Positions 1 to 15,248 of a stretch of 64,000 bases of DNA are shown here, piece after piece. The DNA lies in the NCBI GenBank assembly GCA_951406725.2, contig OX597824.1, positions 29,202,001-29,266,000 on the forward strand, read 5' to 3'. Position 1 is the stretch's first letter, and each line of letters opens with the position of its first letter. The notes beneath the pieces were generated by a model. It was not told where the DNA came from. It worked only from the letters and a program-made list of their open reading frames with translations, and made no database searches. This stretch comes from Octopus vulgaris (Eukaryota). A program made the translations under genes and the position numbers.

Positions 1-360
1 TGTGTATGCGTGTGTGTGAGTGTGTGTGTGTGTGTGTGTGTATGTATATGTAACGGTATAGCTATCTTCGGATCGAACTGGACCCCGTACTATCACACAA
101 CAATGGAAGTTTAATGTGATTAGTGATAAGAGCCAAAATCTGAACTGTGAACTTGTCGTGCACTGAGAGCGTCGAATCCTTCTCTCCTACTCTCCTATTC
201 AGACACTCTCACACCCTTGCACATATAAACACGTATGTCTTGTGTCCACTCTAGCAACTTTAGAACTTCAAAATCAAGCAATATACTCAACAGCAAAGCA
301 GGGACGTGAGGAGAAGCGTTATAACCGTCCTAGTTTATTGCAAATTTAGTATAGCATTAC

Positions 361-915
361 TATTGTGTTGTCCGGAAATTTCATGCCGATTTTTAATGGA
401 AAGAAAAAGGTCAATGAATACTTGCCATTACCTTTTTAATCAACCAAATATGAGCCATTTTGTTGCACAACGTGTCTCCACCTTTCCTTTAACTTGAAAA
501 TACCCTCTTCCCAGAAATGAGATGATTTTATAGCAAAGAATTCATCAAGGTATCTTTTTACGTCATCCAAGGAATTGAAACTCTGCAGAGACCTGAAAGA
601 GTGCAAACCTGAAGGAGCAATATCTGGTGAATATGGAAGGTGGGATAACACATCCCAGCCGAGCTGCAGCAATTTTTGTCTGGTTCCCAAAGCATCAAGT
701 GCCGAAAATGAACTTGCTTATCTTCCATTTTAAAGGGTTACAGAATTAACACAGGTTATATAGGAACATAAACGTTCTTCCACGAAATGATAGCTTAAAC
801 TGTGCTCTAAATGGAGGTGTAGTCAAATCCTATTTTATGGACTCAACCATGTTCTAAAAATAAGTCGAAATGTAAGCTACTATAAATCGGCACGAACTTT
901 CCGGACAACCCAATA
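361..915 (-). mobile_element. Internally deleted mariner element (~555 bp)
   Basis: Left end TATTGTGTTGTCCGGAAATTTCATGCCGATTT is the inverted repeat of right end AAATCGGCACGAACTTTCCGGACAACCCAATA, with TA at both ends. It encloses a transposase C-terminus. Confidence 0.9.
436..690 (-). pseudogene. mariner transposase C-terminal fragment
   Basis: LGWDVLSHLPYSPDIAPS resembles the YSPDLAP motif; ends in ERWRHVVQQNGSY. The N-terminal part is missing. Confidence 0.9.
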
Positions 916-917
916 TA

Positions 918-1301
918 TCTCTCTCTATATAAACGGCAGTTTGTCTGTCTGCGTGTCTGTGTGTCTGTCAGGTTGTACCCTCACCCTCACCACGACTTTC
1001 AACCGATTCTGATGAAACTTGACACACACATAGCCCAATGTCATAATTCAAAACTAACGCAGCGAAAAGTTTGAAAAGTTCCCCCAGTTCTGAAAAAAAT
1101 CGATGAATTCGACATGCGTTCGAGAATCAGAAACACAAACCACAGACTGTCTAGGGGACGCAACTCGACCTTTTTAACTCTCAAAAAAAGTTTACCATCA
1201 TTTTTTCCCCATTTTTTTGCTATTTTTTGGCTATAACTCTCTAAAAATGCTTTATAGTTATTTCCCTTACAAACCCGAGCAACGCCGGGCGATACTGCTA
1301 G
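918..1301 (+). mobile_element. Non-autonomous Helitron
   Basis: Starts TC after A917 and ends CTAG (1298-1301) before T. Subterminal GC hairpin CCCGAGCAACGCCGGG at 1274-1289, (GTCT)-rich 5' part, no TSD. Confidence 0.8.
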
Positions 1302-1427
1302 TATCTAATAAGCTGAACTGCCAACATTTTATTCCAGATTGAATGAGACAACTGTAAAGGTACTTCATTTACATCTTACTAAACACTGCCACTTACAGTT
1401 GACTAGTTCGCAGACTACAGTCGGGAC

Positions 1428-1930
1428 ATGAAGACAAGTTAGAAGCTCACTATGCAATAAAACATTGTACTTAACTGGGTGAAAACGCTACAGAAACTTA
1501 CGGAATACCCCAGACTGGTTATGGATTACGTTATATGAGCCGAGCATCGGTTTTTTGCTGACACAAGAGGCTAGGCAAAGCAAGTCCACAAAGAAGCTTA
1601 TGGTGATCCCCTTTTTCGACAGCAAGGTCATCCGCTACATCACAACTGGTTTCCCTCTACCCAGTGGGTCGTCAAACAGTGCTTTGTGGAGGTTTTGATG
1701 GAGTTCAAGTAGAAAGCAAAAGGCTAGAGTACTAATATCAGGAAAATGCACCAATCCACTATTCTATTCTGGTAGTCAACCATTGATAAAGTTGAGCATA
1801 AAAACTGTACCTCGCTCTCCTTACACTCCAGAACACTCCAGTCCTTGCTCCCTGTGCTTTTGATCGTTCCCCAAGCTAAAACAAAAGAAGGTTGTGACAA
1901 GGGTTCTGGACACTTTCCCTTTGGAGGAAC
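1428..1930 (+). pseudogene. Second, more decayed mariner transposase relic
   Basis: Manual translation across stops and frameshifts: YAIKHCT*LGENATETYG..MSRASVF, ARQSKSTKKLMVIPFFDSK, QENAPIH, IKTVPRSPYTP, LAPCAF*SFPKL. A large internal deletion lies near 1568. Confidence 0.8.
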
Positions 1931-1980
1931 ACCACGCATTATTTGTGCCTCCTTGAGGGTAGCAATATAGTATTTTTTTT

Positions 1981-2593
1981 TAAGGCGCCGAGCAGGCAGA
2001 AACGTTAGCATGCCGGGCGAAAGGCTGAGCGTTATTTCGTTTGCCGCTAGGTTCTAAGCTCAAATTCCGCCGAGGTCGACTTAGCCTTTCATCCTTTCGG
2101 GTCGATAAATCAAGCAGCAGTTACGCACTGGGGTCGATGTAATCGACTTAATCCGTTCGTCTGTCCTTGTTTGTCCCCTCTGTGTTTAGCCCCTTGTGGG
2201 TAGTAAAGAAATAGGTATTTTGTCTGTGTTTACGTTCTGAGTTCAAATTCCGTCTAGGTCGACTTTTGGTTTCATCCTTTCGAGGACGATAAATTAATAC
2301 TAATTACGCACTGGGGTCGTTGTAATCGACTTAATCCATTTGTCCTTGTTTGTCCCCTCTATGTTTAGCCCCTTGAGGGCAATAAAGAAATAAGGAACGT
2401 TAGCACGCCGGGCTAAATGCTTAATGATAGTTCATCTGTCTTTACGTTCTGAATCCAAATTCTGTCTAGGTCGACTTTTCGTTTCATCCTTTCGGGGTCG
2501 ATAAATTAAGTACCAGTTACATACTGGGGTCGATCTAATTGACTGGTCCTCTCCCTAAAAATGTCGGGCCTTGTGCCTAGAGTAGAAAAGAAT
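1981..2593 (+). mobile_element. tRNA-derived SINE family A, multimer
   Basis: Head AAGGCG..GGCAGAAACGTTAGCA with B box GTTCAAATTCC, and body GCCTTTCATCCTTTCGGGGTCGATAAATTAAGTACCAG repeated in tandem. Probably one of the described octopus SINEs (name not verified). A partial copy follows at ~2660-2782. Confidence 0.85.
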
Positions 2594-2858
2594 ATAGTAT
2601 TTTTTCCTGGAAACAATTCATAAACACATGATTTTGTAGTGCTATACATGTTTAACTACTGATTTTGCCTATCATCCTTTCGGAGTCGATAAATTAAGTA
2701 CCAGTTGCGTACTGAGGTCGATCTAATTGACTGGCTCCCTCACTCAAAATTTCGGGCCTTGTGCCTAGATTAGAGAAGAATATTCCGATGGCTTCCAATC
2801 CTGCAGGTCTCTTCTCAAATAAGGCTTTAGTGTTCATCAATAAGTCAAGCTGTTTTTG

Positions 2859-4110
<1,252 letters not shown>

Positions 4111-4257
4111 TATGTCATTGTGTCCCTCAGCCAAAATGATAATTATGAAATACACATAATAAAGTTAGGGAGATACGGCCTTTTCACATTTTAAATCAAT
4201 TTAAAGTTTGGAGGGAAGGTATTTCATCACCTACATCAATTCAGCATAGTAGAATTC

Positions 4258-5055
<798 letters not shown>

Positions 5056-5608
5056 GAGTGAGAGAGCAGTTCATGCCATCAAAGTGACACTGGGGTAAAA
5101 TATACGAAGCCCAATATACCCATCATGACTACCCGTCTGATAAGGGTACACCAGTTACATGCATCCCAACCATATGTGCGCGACATGGTGATCTCATATC
5201 AAGATAAACAGCACATGACCTTGCAAGTGGGGCCCAGTTAGAATTTTCTTCAGGTCGAGTAGCCCATCCCGCTCAAAAGGTCCCTGAATAAGGGTTGTTT
5301 AAGGATGTTGAAAGAACCACCCATGTTTCCAGAGGTGAATTATTCAAACCCCAAAGAATCCCTCTCAACACATGGCTATGATGCTCCCCCACTACTTCTG
5401 CTCGTAATCAGAGATGCACATATCGTCAGCCACTAGGGGACATGCTCAACTGATTAAGGTCAAACAACTGACAAGCAAATCTGTGGTATTGAGCAGAATA
5501 TTTGCTGTAGCCCATCTTTTATACCAAGACAAAACAATGTACATGATAACACTTCCAATTAGTTAAGATCAGAAGCCATGAGAGCCACTGCCTGGTACTG
5601 CATCAGGG

Positions 5609-5610
<2 letters not shown>
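5056..5610 (-). mobile_element. ~555-bp non-coding element inserted in (TAA)n, full-length copy
   Basis: Closely similar to 9788-10241 (inverted) and 16127-16244; each terminus is shared with another copy. Strand is inferred from (TAA)n polarity. Confidence 0.8.
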
Positions 5611-5653
<43 letters not shown>

Positions 5654-5885
5654 GAAGGCGGCGAGCTGGCAGAATTGTTAGCACGTCGGGCGAAATGCTT
5701 AGCAGTATATCGTCTGCTGCTACGTTCTGAGTTAAAATTCCGCCGAGGTCTACTTTGCCTTTCATCTTTTCGGAGTTGATTAAATAACTACCAGTTACGC
5801 CCTGGGGTCGATGTTAACGACTTAATCACTCCCCCACCCCACCCAAAAAAATTTGAGGCCTTCTGCTTACAGTAGAAAGGATTAT
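5654..5885 (+). mobile_element. SINE family A monomer
   Basis: AAGGCGGCGAGCTGGCAGAA head and family body. Confidence 0.85.
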
Positions 5886-6182
5886 TACTATTCTTATTAT
5901 TGTTGTTTTTATTGTTGTTCGTGTTGTCCTTGTTATTATCTATTGTTATTATCTTCTCGTCGTTGTCGTCGTCATCACCACCACCAACCCACCACCACCA
6001 TCACCACCACCGCCACCACCATCATCATCATCATCATCATCTTCTTCCACCAGCACATCCTCTCCTTCCCCTCCTCCTCTTCCCCTTCCCCTCATCTTCT
6101 TCCCCTTCCCCTCCTCCTCATCATCATGATTATCATCATTCCATCATCATCATTGTCACCACCATCATTCTATCTTCAGTAG

Positions 6183-6765
6183 AGTGCAGCGAGCTGGCAG
6201 AAACGTTAGCACGCTGGGCGAAATGCTTAGCGGTATTTCGCCTGTCGCTACGCTGTGAGTTCAAATTCCGCCGAGTTCGACTTTGCCTTTCATCCTTTCG
6301 GGGTCGATTAAATAAGTACCAGTTACGCACTGGGGTCGATATAATCGACTTAATCCGTTTGTCTGTCCTTGTTTGTCCCACTGTATTTAGCCCCTTGTGG
6401 GTAGTAAAGAAATAGGTATTTTGTCTGTCTTTACGTTCTGAGTTCAAATTCAGCCGAGTTCGACTTTGCCTTTCATCCTTTCGGGGTCGGTTAAATAAGT
6501 ACCAGTTACGCACTGGAGTCGATATAATCGACTTAATCCGTATGTCTGTCCTTGTTTGTCCCTCTGTATTTAGCCACTTGTGGGTAGTAAAGAAATGAGT
6601 ATTTTGTCTGTCTTTACGTTCAGAGTTCAAATTCCGCCGAGGTCGACTTTGCCTTTCATTCTTTCGGGATCGAAGAATTAAGTAACAGTTGCATACTGCG
6701 GTCGATCTAATCGACTGGCCTTCCTCTCCAAAGATTTCGGGCCTTGGGCCTGGAGCAGTAAAGTG
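6183..6765 (+). mobile_element. SINE family A multimer
   Basis: Head plus ~180-bp tandem units; the last unit has the alternative tail. Confidence 0.85.
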
Positions 6766-6770
6766 ACAAA

Positions 6771-7125
6771 TCATCATCATCATTGTTCGACCGTGGTCGA
6801 GACAATGGAATTTACCATGCTACGCCAGACTTCACGGTCCATCATGGCATTACGGAGGTCCTGTTGCTGGATGCCTGTATCCCTGGAGATTACATCAGGG
6901 TAGGAGAGTGTGCGCCCTCTGGTATCGCGAGTAGATGGCTTCCAGAGGAGAAGAGTAGAAATTACTTCTTTTTCAGCTCTACAACAATGTCCAGCAAACT
7001 GGACTCTCTCTTACCTTTCACAAGAGATGACACAGGTGGTAGTTTCCCATATATTTGCATTTTGGATGGATGGCGCTTCCACGAGAGATTTTGAGCTCTC
7101 ATAAGGAGGCGAGTGTAGCAAATTC
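6771..7125 (-). mobile_element. RTE/RTE-X-like LINE 3' end, 5'-truncated
   Basis: YTRLLMRAQNLSWKRHPSKMQIYGKLPPVS, then after a frameshift VQFAGHCCRAEKEVISTLLLWKP..MMDREVWRSMV..EQ*, followed by a (TGA)n tail at 6771-6782. Confidence 0.85.
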
Positions 7126-7324
7126 TAACAGTGATCTTATCGATTATTATCGACAATACTGATAACAAGGAGCAAAACAGTAATAATAATAACAAAAATA
7201 ATAATGATAATGATAAAAGGAATAATAAACAATATTGTATTTACAGCTGCTAATGTTACATCCGAGCGACGGAAGACGAGGAGGAGGAGGAGGAGGGGAA
7301 GATGATGACGACGAGGACGAAGAC

Positions 7325-7365
<41 letters not shown>

Positions 7366-7649
7366 CCATGATAGTGATGATGATGATGATGATGATGACG
7401 GCAATGATCGTGGCGATTATGATGATTATGTTTTATACACACACGCGCCCGCACACAAACAAAAAAAAAAACAAATACTCATGTATGCATATATGTATCA
7501 ATATATATATATATATATGTATGTATAAATGTATATGTGAGTGTGTGTAGCTATCTCTTGATATATACATAAACACATAGATAAATACATACGTATATAT
7601 TTATATATACATAGATACGTATATGTATATATATATACATATATATATT

Positions 7650-7781
<132 letters not shown>

Positions 7782-7840
7782 TACATACATACACACATAC
7801 ATACATATACACACACATACGCACGCGCACACACGCACAT

Positions 7841-7909
<69 letters not shown>

Positions 7910-8342
7910 ACATAATGCATGATATAATGTGAGAAAACGAGATGTCTATGCGTGGAATGCTTTTGATCAAGACTAACTTCAAGTCAACACCACAACAAAG
8001 CTATCCACATAGAAACAGCCACGCAAAAACACATCACCACAACCATCAAATGCCAACACTCACCCTCGCAATTTCTCTTCTTATCAGACATCAGTAGTAT
8101 CATACCGCCACATCTGACGTCTCTTCCCTTCCTCTCCCCATCTCCTCATCATTCATCCACTGATTTATAACCACCACCCGGAGTGTTTCTCTCTCTATGT
8201 GTTCATTGGTTCTCAGAGAAGCAATAATCAAATCCTCATTTAACAACTTACCGATCATATGCTCAAAAGCCTTGGCCAAAAACCCGCACGTTCACCGTGA
8301 CTGACCAAGGGCAAAATAACAGCACCGCTAACATGACCATGA

Positions 8343-8841
8343 GCGTAGGAGTGGCTGTGTGGTAAGTAGCTTGCTTACGAACCACATGGTTCCGGGTTCA
8401 GTCCCACTGCGTGACACCTTGGGGAAGTGTCTTCTACTATAGCCTTGTGAGTGGATTTGGTAGACTGAGGCGGAAAGAAGCCAGTCGTATATATGTATGT
8501 ATATGTGTGTGTATGTGTGTATGTGTGTATGTATGTATGTATGTATGCATGTATGTATGTATATATGTATGTATGTATGTATGCATGTATGTGTGCATGT
8601 ATGTATGCATGTATGTGTGCATTTATGTATGTATGTATGTTTGTGTGTCTGTTTGTCCCCCAACATCGTTTGTCAACCGATGCTGATGTGTTTACGTCTC
8701 CGTAACTTAGCGGCTAGGCAAAAGAGGCCGATTGAATAAGTTACTAGGCTTACAAAGAATAAGTCCTGTGGTCGATTTGCTCGACTAAAGGCAGTACTCC
8801 AGCATGGCCACAGTCAAATGACTGAAACAAGTAAAAGAGTA
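8343..8841 (+). mobile_element. tRNA-derived CORE-type SINE family B
   Basis: A box TGGCTGTGTGG, B box GGTTCAGTCCC, CORE-like CACCTTGGG(C/G)AAGTGTCTT, internal (TATG)n, tail CAAATGACTGAAACAAGTAAAAGAGTA. Resembles octopus OR-type SINEs (not verified). Confidence 0.85.
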
Positions 8842-9787
8842 TGAGCAATAGTCAACGAATGTTCCCCGACGTGGAGATAACAGAAAACAGACCCCTTAAA
8901 TCACATCCTGTTGTCTGGGAAAATATGTTGGATAATAAACGACAGGACCCCTCTTCGTGATTAGGATAAGCGCAGGGTAAAGAAGGAAATACAGCAAAGT
9001 TTTACATCTAGCATGTCTGAGCGCCCGGCTGCAGCTGATGGGAAACGCAAAATGATATGATAGTTTATACATAGACAGTAAACAGTAGAAGAAAGTAAGT
9101 ATGTGAGAAGTGGAGAAGGAAAGAAAATGGAAAAAAGAGAGGAGAAACAGGCGAGGATGAAGTAGAGGAAATGGAGATGATAGGGAAGCTGAAGAATATG
9201 GTGGAATTGATGAACTGAGAGGAAAATGAAGAAATAGAATGAAAAACTTTCATTTAAGCCCGTCAGTAATACAATCCTGTTTTTGAATATGTAACGTTGT
9301 TCGTTTCTTTTCCTTGAGTGGGTAAATCCATGGTGTGCAGAGATGCTGCATATTACGTAAAGGAATGGCTCGTTGCGTTGAAGTGGCTGGCGATGGGTTG
9401 ACCCGGCATGAAAGCTAATGTTGTCGGAGTACACAATTGCTGAAAACAATAACAAAATAAAGTGGGATGGCTAGAGTTTAAGAGCCTTTGATCTTAGTTG
9501 AGCTTAATTACGGCAGACCTGGATTTAAACAACACAAGCAACAATAGAGTAAACGGTGTTTCAGTCAGTATTACTCCATATTTGACAAGGTAAATATATA
9601 GGGGAGGGGTGGTTGTAGAATCGGTGCAGAGATAGTCCAAAGCACATTTAGTTTCTGAGTTTAAACACAAACGAGGTCAGTTGTACGTTTTATCCTTCCA
9701 GGTGTTCAGTGATGTTAGACGTCAATTATTGTGATCAACAAAATCAAATGTTTGTAATAATGATAATAATAATAATAATAATAATAA

Positions 9788-10241
9788 TACAGCAAATAAT
9801 CTGCTCAATACCACAGATTTGCTTGTCAGTTGTTTGACCTTAACCAGTTGAGCATGTCCCTTAGTGGCTGACGATATGTGCATCTCTGATCACGAGCAGA
9901 AGTAGTGGGGGAGCATCATAGACATGTGTTGAGAGGGATTCTTTAGGGTTTGAATAGTTCACCTCTGGAAACATGGGTGGTTCTTTCAACATCCTTAAAC
10001 AACCCTTATTCAGGGACCGTTTGAGCGGGATGGGCTACTCAACCTGAAGAAAACTCTAACTGGGCCCCACCTGCAAGGTCATGTGCTGTTTATCTTGATA
10101 TGAGATCACCATGTCGCGCACATATGGTTGTGATGCATGTGCCTGGTGTACCTTTATCAGACGGGTAGTCACGATGGGTATATTGGGCTTCGTATATTTT
10201 ACCCCAGTGTCACTTTGATGGCATGAACTGCTCTCTCACTC
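9788..10241 (+). mobile_element. (TAA)n-embedded 555-bp element, 5'-truncated copy
   Basis: Reverse complement of 5056-~5509, flanked by (TAA)n. Confidence 0.85.
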
Positions 10242-10273
<32 letters not shown>

Positions 10274-10310
10274 TAATAATAAAAATGATAATAATAAAAT
10301 AATAATAATA

Positions 10311-10371
<61 letters not shown>

Positions 10372-10374
<3 letters not shown>

Positions 10375-10756
10375 TCTTTTACTCTTTTTCTTGTTTCAGT
10401 CATTTGACTGTGGCCATGCTGGAGCACCACCTTTAGTCGAGAAAATCGACTAGTACTTATTCTATCGGTCTCTTTTGCCGAACCGCTAAGTTACGGTGAC
10501 GTTAACACACCAGCATCGGTTGTCAAGCGATGTTGGGTAGGGGGCAAACACAGACACAAAAGCATATACACACACACGTATATATATATATATATATATA
10601 TACACACAACGGACTTCTTTCAGTTTCCGTCTACCAAATCCACTCACAAGACTTTGGTGGGCATGAGGCTATAGTAGAAGGTGCCACGCAGTGGGACTGA
10701 ACCCGAAACCATGCCGTTCGTAAGCAAGCTACTTACCATACAGCCACTCCTACGCC
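10372..10756 (-). mobile_element. SINE family B
   Basis: Reverse complement of the 8343 copy. Confidence 0.85.
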
Positions 10757-10761
10757 TATTA

Positions 10762-10850
<89 letters not shown>

Positions 10851-12249
10851 TTTTGTTTTTGTTTTTGTTGCTATTGCTATTGTTTCAGAAAGTAGTGTCT
10901 TATTATACAACAGTGATCAAAGATTAATATTTTCTTCTTGACCATTCAAATTTCTTATAAACCATTCTCAGTTTGCTGCAACTCTGCCATTTTTGTTGTT
11001 GACATACCATTGCAAAAATGCAACCAAATCTATCGTATATGCTGTGGAATGAATTCTTAGAAACGGATCTGATTCTTAAATAAATACTTACCACGCATGC
11101 ATTTTTAATATCTGAGTTACTTACGTCGAAAAGGACTTCATTATCTTTTATTTCAAGTTCTTCCTCGTCTCTCTGAGGAACCGTTGTTCGAAGTTTCGGA
11201 TGAAATATCAAACTAAGTTTAAACAGTTCGCCAGAATTACGACTTAGATCCAAAACAAACCATATAGGGAATCTTCAAAGTTGCTTGGATAACACGTGTA
11301 AGAATAATCTCAGCGAATTATTGCGTTTCAAAGTAAAGACGTTGTGTGTCGAGGGAATTGCATTTATGAAGAAAAGTAAATAAATCCAGGCGACTTGTGT
11401 TGGTACTTTACAAATTCTTGATGGTGTAGTTTACATTTTCATATCAGTTTCATTTCCTCACTCCTGTCCCAACACGGTATTCATCTTTAGATTTTGCGCT
11501 ATTTTCTTTTGTTAAATATACATCTAAGAAAGAAATATCTCATTTTGTTTAAGTTGAGGACCAATGCAACGTGTAACAAGAAACGGTTGTTTTTATTCGC
11601 CAGTTTTTTTTTTCCTTCCCCGCTTTCCCTGCTTGAGTGTGTTTTGGAAAACTCCCGGTGGACTTAACAGTATAGGATATGAAAAGTTATTAAGCTAATT
11701 CACCAGGCTCCATCGAAGCTTCCAGTATTGATTTAATATCGATTACATAGTACTGGATGTTTTTTTTATGAGAAAAAATTATGATTCTTATATGATGTTA
11801 GTCTTGCTCAAGAAATTATTTGATTTCAACATGGAATCGAACTCGATTCGTAGACACAACTAACTGCTTACAGTTTACTAGATAATAATTGTTACTCATT
11901 ACTTATTTATATAGTGCAGTCAGTAGGTGTTGCCATGCTGGAGCACTAACATTGCTATATCGCTGGAGCATTTTGATATTATTTTCTTGCTGAGACAAAG
12001 TTAGAAGCCACTGCTTCTAGGAGACTGGGTAACTGGAATTATGGTATTCGCACATCTCCCAGTGACAATAAAGGTGGAAGTAACATGTAGTAGCTTCAAC
12101 AGAGAATTGAAATAACATTTTAATATAAATAAATATTCTTCGTCTAACACGGATTAAAATGTCCTTTGTGTATTCAAAAAAGAACAAAGTTCCTATTTCG
12201 AGCCATAATCTCAGAAAGTCGGTTTCACGGATTCTGTCGAGTATATGTT

Positions 12250-12912
12250 CTCGCACCTGGACGGGGTGGCCGTCCGTCGCAGAATTACTCATTTACTCAT
12301 TTTTGCCTGCTGAGTGGACTGGAGAAACATGAAGCGTTTTGTTCAAGAACACAACGCGACACCCGGTCCAGGAATCGAAACCACATTCTTACGATCATAA
12401 ATCCAACACCCTAACAACTAAACCACATACCACCACTAATTTCGGGGGAAGGGCTTAAATCGATTACATCGACGCCAGTAATTATTGCTACTTATTTTAG
12501 TGACCCCGAAAGGTTGAAAGGCAAAATTGACCTTGGGAGAATTTGAACTCTAAACATGACGACGGACGAAATGCCGCCACGCATTTTTGCCCGTCATGCT
12601 AACGATTTTGCCAGGCTAGAAGAAGAACACTGATTGATAACGGGGTCTATAATGACAAAAATAAGCATTGTTTAGAGGACTAGGACCCACGGAGTCGGTT
12701 ACCCGGCTTCGTTGCGAATAAGAGATGGCTAAGATCAAACGCTACCCCTGAGTGGACGCCGGCCTGTCTCTAGGTTACTCATTTAGAGCTATATGAACAC
12801 GAGCAACAGGAAATGAAGTGTTTAGCTCAAGAACGCAACTCACTGCTCGGTCCGAGAATCGAAACCACCATTTTCCAGTCGTGATGGCAACATCCTAGCC
12901 AATAGTCCACAT
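12250..12912 (-). mobile_element. Cluster of decayed SINEs (family D twice, family A once)
   Basis: GAAGTGTTT..CTCAAGAAC.CAAC..GAATCGAAACCAC motifs at ~12330-12435 and ~12810-12912; family A relic at ~12440-12617. Confidence 0.6.
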
Positions 12913-12924
12913 CTTTTTCACTAA

Positions 12925-13082
12925 CAGAAGTGGCTGTGTGGTAAGTAGCTTGCATACAAACCACATGGTTTCAGATTCAATCCCACTGAGTGGCACCTTG
13001 GGCAAGTGTCTTCTACTATAGCCTCGGGCCGACCAAAGCTTTGTGAGTGGAACAGGTAGACGGAAACTGAAAGAAGACCGTC

Positions 13083-13120
<38 letters not shown>

Positions 13121-13196
13121 GAAAAGAGTGAAAAAACTACAGAAGGCTTGATATATATATATAAAATAGAAAAGAGTGAAATAACTATAGAAGGCT

Positions 13197-13250
<54 letters not shown>

Positions 13251-13484
13251 TTGAGTGTGTATATGTTTATGTATCTGTGTTTGTTCCCCCAACATCGCTT
13301 GACAACCGTTGGTGATGTGTTTACGTCACCGTAACTTAGCGGTTCGGCAAAAAAGACCGATAGAATAAGGACTAGGCTTACAAAGAATAAGTCCTGGGGT
13401 CGATTTGCTCGACTAAAGGCGGTGCTCCAGAATGGCCGCAGTCAAATGACTGAAACAAGTAAAAGAGTAAAAGAGTAAAAGAGT
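12925..13484 (+). mobile_element. SINE family B
   Basis: Full head and tail, (AAAGAGTA)n end, internal (TA)n. Confidence 0.85.
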
Positions 13485-13971
13485 CAGTAACGATGTCTAC
13501 ATATAAATGCCGTTTCAGATATGTAATATCTGTCATCGCTGCTGACAATGGTCTTATACCATTTCATTGTTTCATCCTTTAGACTGCGACCATGCGGGGC
13601 TACCGCCTTGAAAATTTTTAGTCAAATGAATCGACACCTGTCCTTTGTTTCTTCTTTCTTAGAACTGGTTACTTATTCTATCGGTCGCTTTTGCTGAACT
13701 GGGGACGTAAAACATACCATAACCAGCCTTCAAGTGGTGGAGGGGAGACGTCAAGCACGGATACAAAGACGCACTCACGCGCACAAGGACACACGTACAT
13801 AAGTTGCCCCCTGGTTTTAACCAAAGACGTCAAGGAATAACAAGACTTTGTGTCTATTGATGCTAGCAAGTAGGGCACCATGCAACTGCAAAAAAACCCT
13901 GATCTCTAAGTTTGTAAAAAAAAAATATCTATAAAGTTTGTAAAAACACTGAATAAGACTGCAATTACAAG

Positions 13972-14779
<808 letters not shown>

Positions 14780-14781
<2 letters not shown>

Positions 14782-15199
14782 CTGCGGAATGCATAGGACG
14801 TGTTAACGCTCCAGGATGGTGCAGCTTAAAACATTTATTTACACTGGTTTGGTGCCTTTTCACATTATTCATCTTTTTCCAAGTTGCCAATAGAAACACA
14901 CCAGGGACCTATCACTGGTTTTCTATTGTTGTTTAGCACCCCCAAGGGGTGATATTCGGCCCACCATATAAGTTCAGTGGGCGTTTAATTTAATTTAATC
15001 AAACACAACTCAACAAGATGGCGGAAAGCGTCTCGAAAGAATTGAGAAAAAAGAAAACTGCCCCTCCTACGAACCTGGTGACTGCTGAAGTTTTCGCTCC
15101 CCTTCCCTCTGTTATTGGTAATAATACAGGAGAAGGGGAGGAGAAAAATGAGACTGGACCAGAACAAAGTCCACATCGTAGTAACAGCAGCAGCAGTAT

Positions 15200-15248
<49 letters not shown>

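Noticed and set aside
1981-2593. Repeated units resembling a CRISPR array
   Set aside because: The units are ~180-bp SINE bodies with no unique spacers, there are no cas genes, and the context is eukaryotic.
6136-6783. 215-aa ORF with internal repeats (RPRKDERQSRPRRNLNSER), recurring in many ORFs
   Set aside because: Antisense translation of SINE A units.
10924-11760. 109-aa ORF and surrounding non-repetitive sequence
   Set aside because: No recognisable motif or splice structure; possibly an old TE. Needs a translated search.
13112-13200. ~49-bp tandem duplication inside a SINE microsatellite; similar ~50-bp repeats at 59900-60180
   Set aside because: Explained by slippage between flanking microsatellite tracts.
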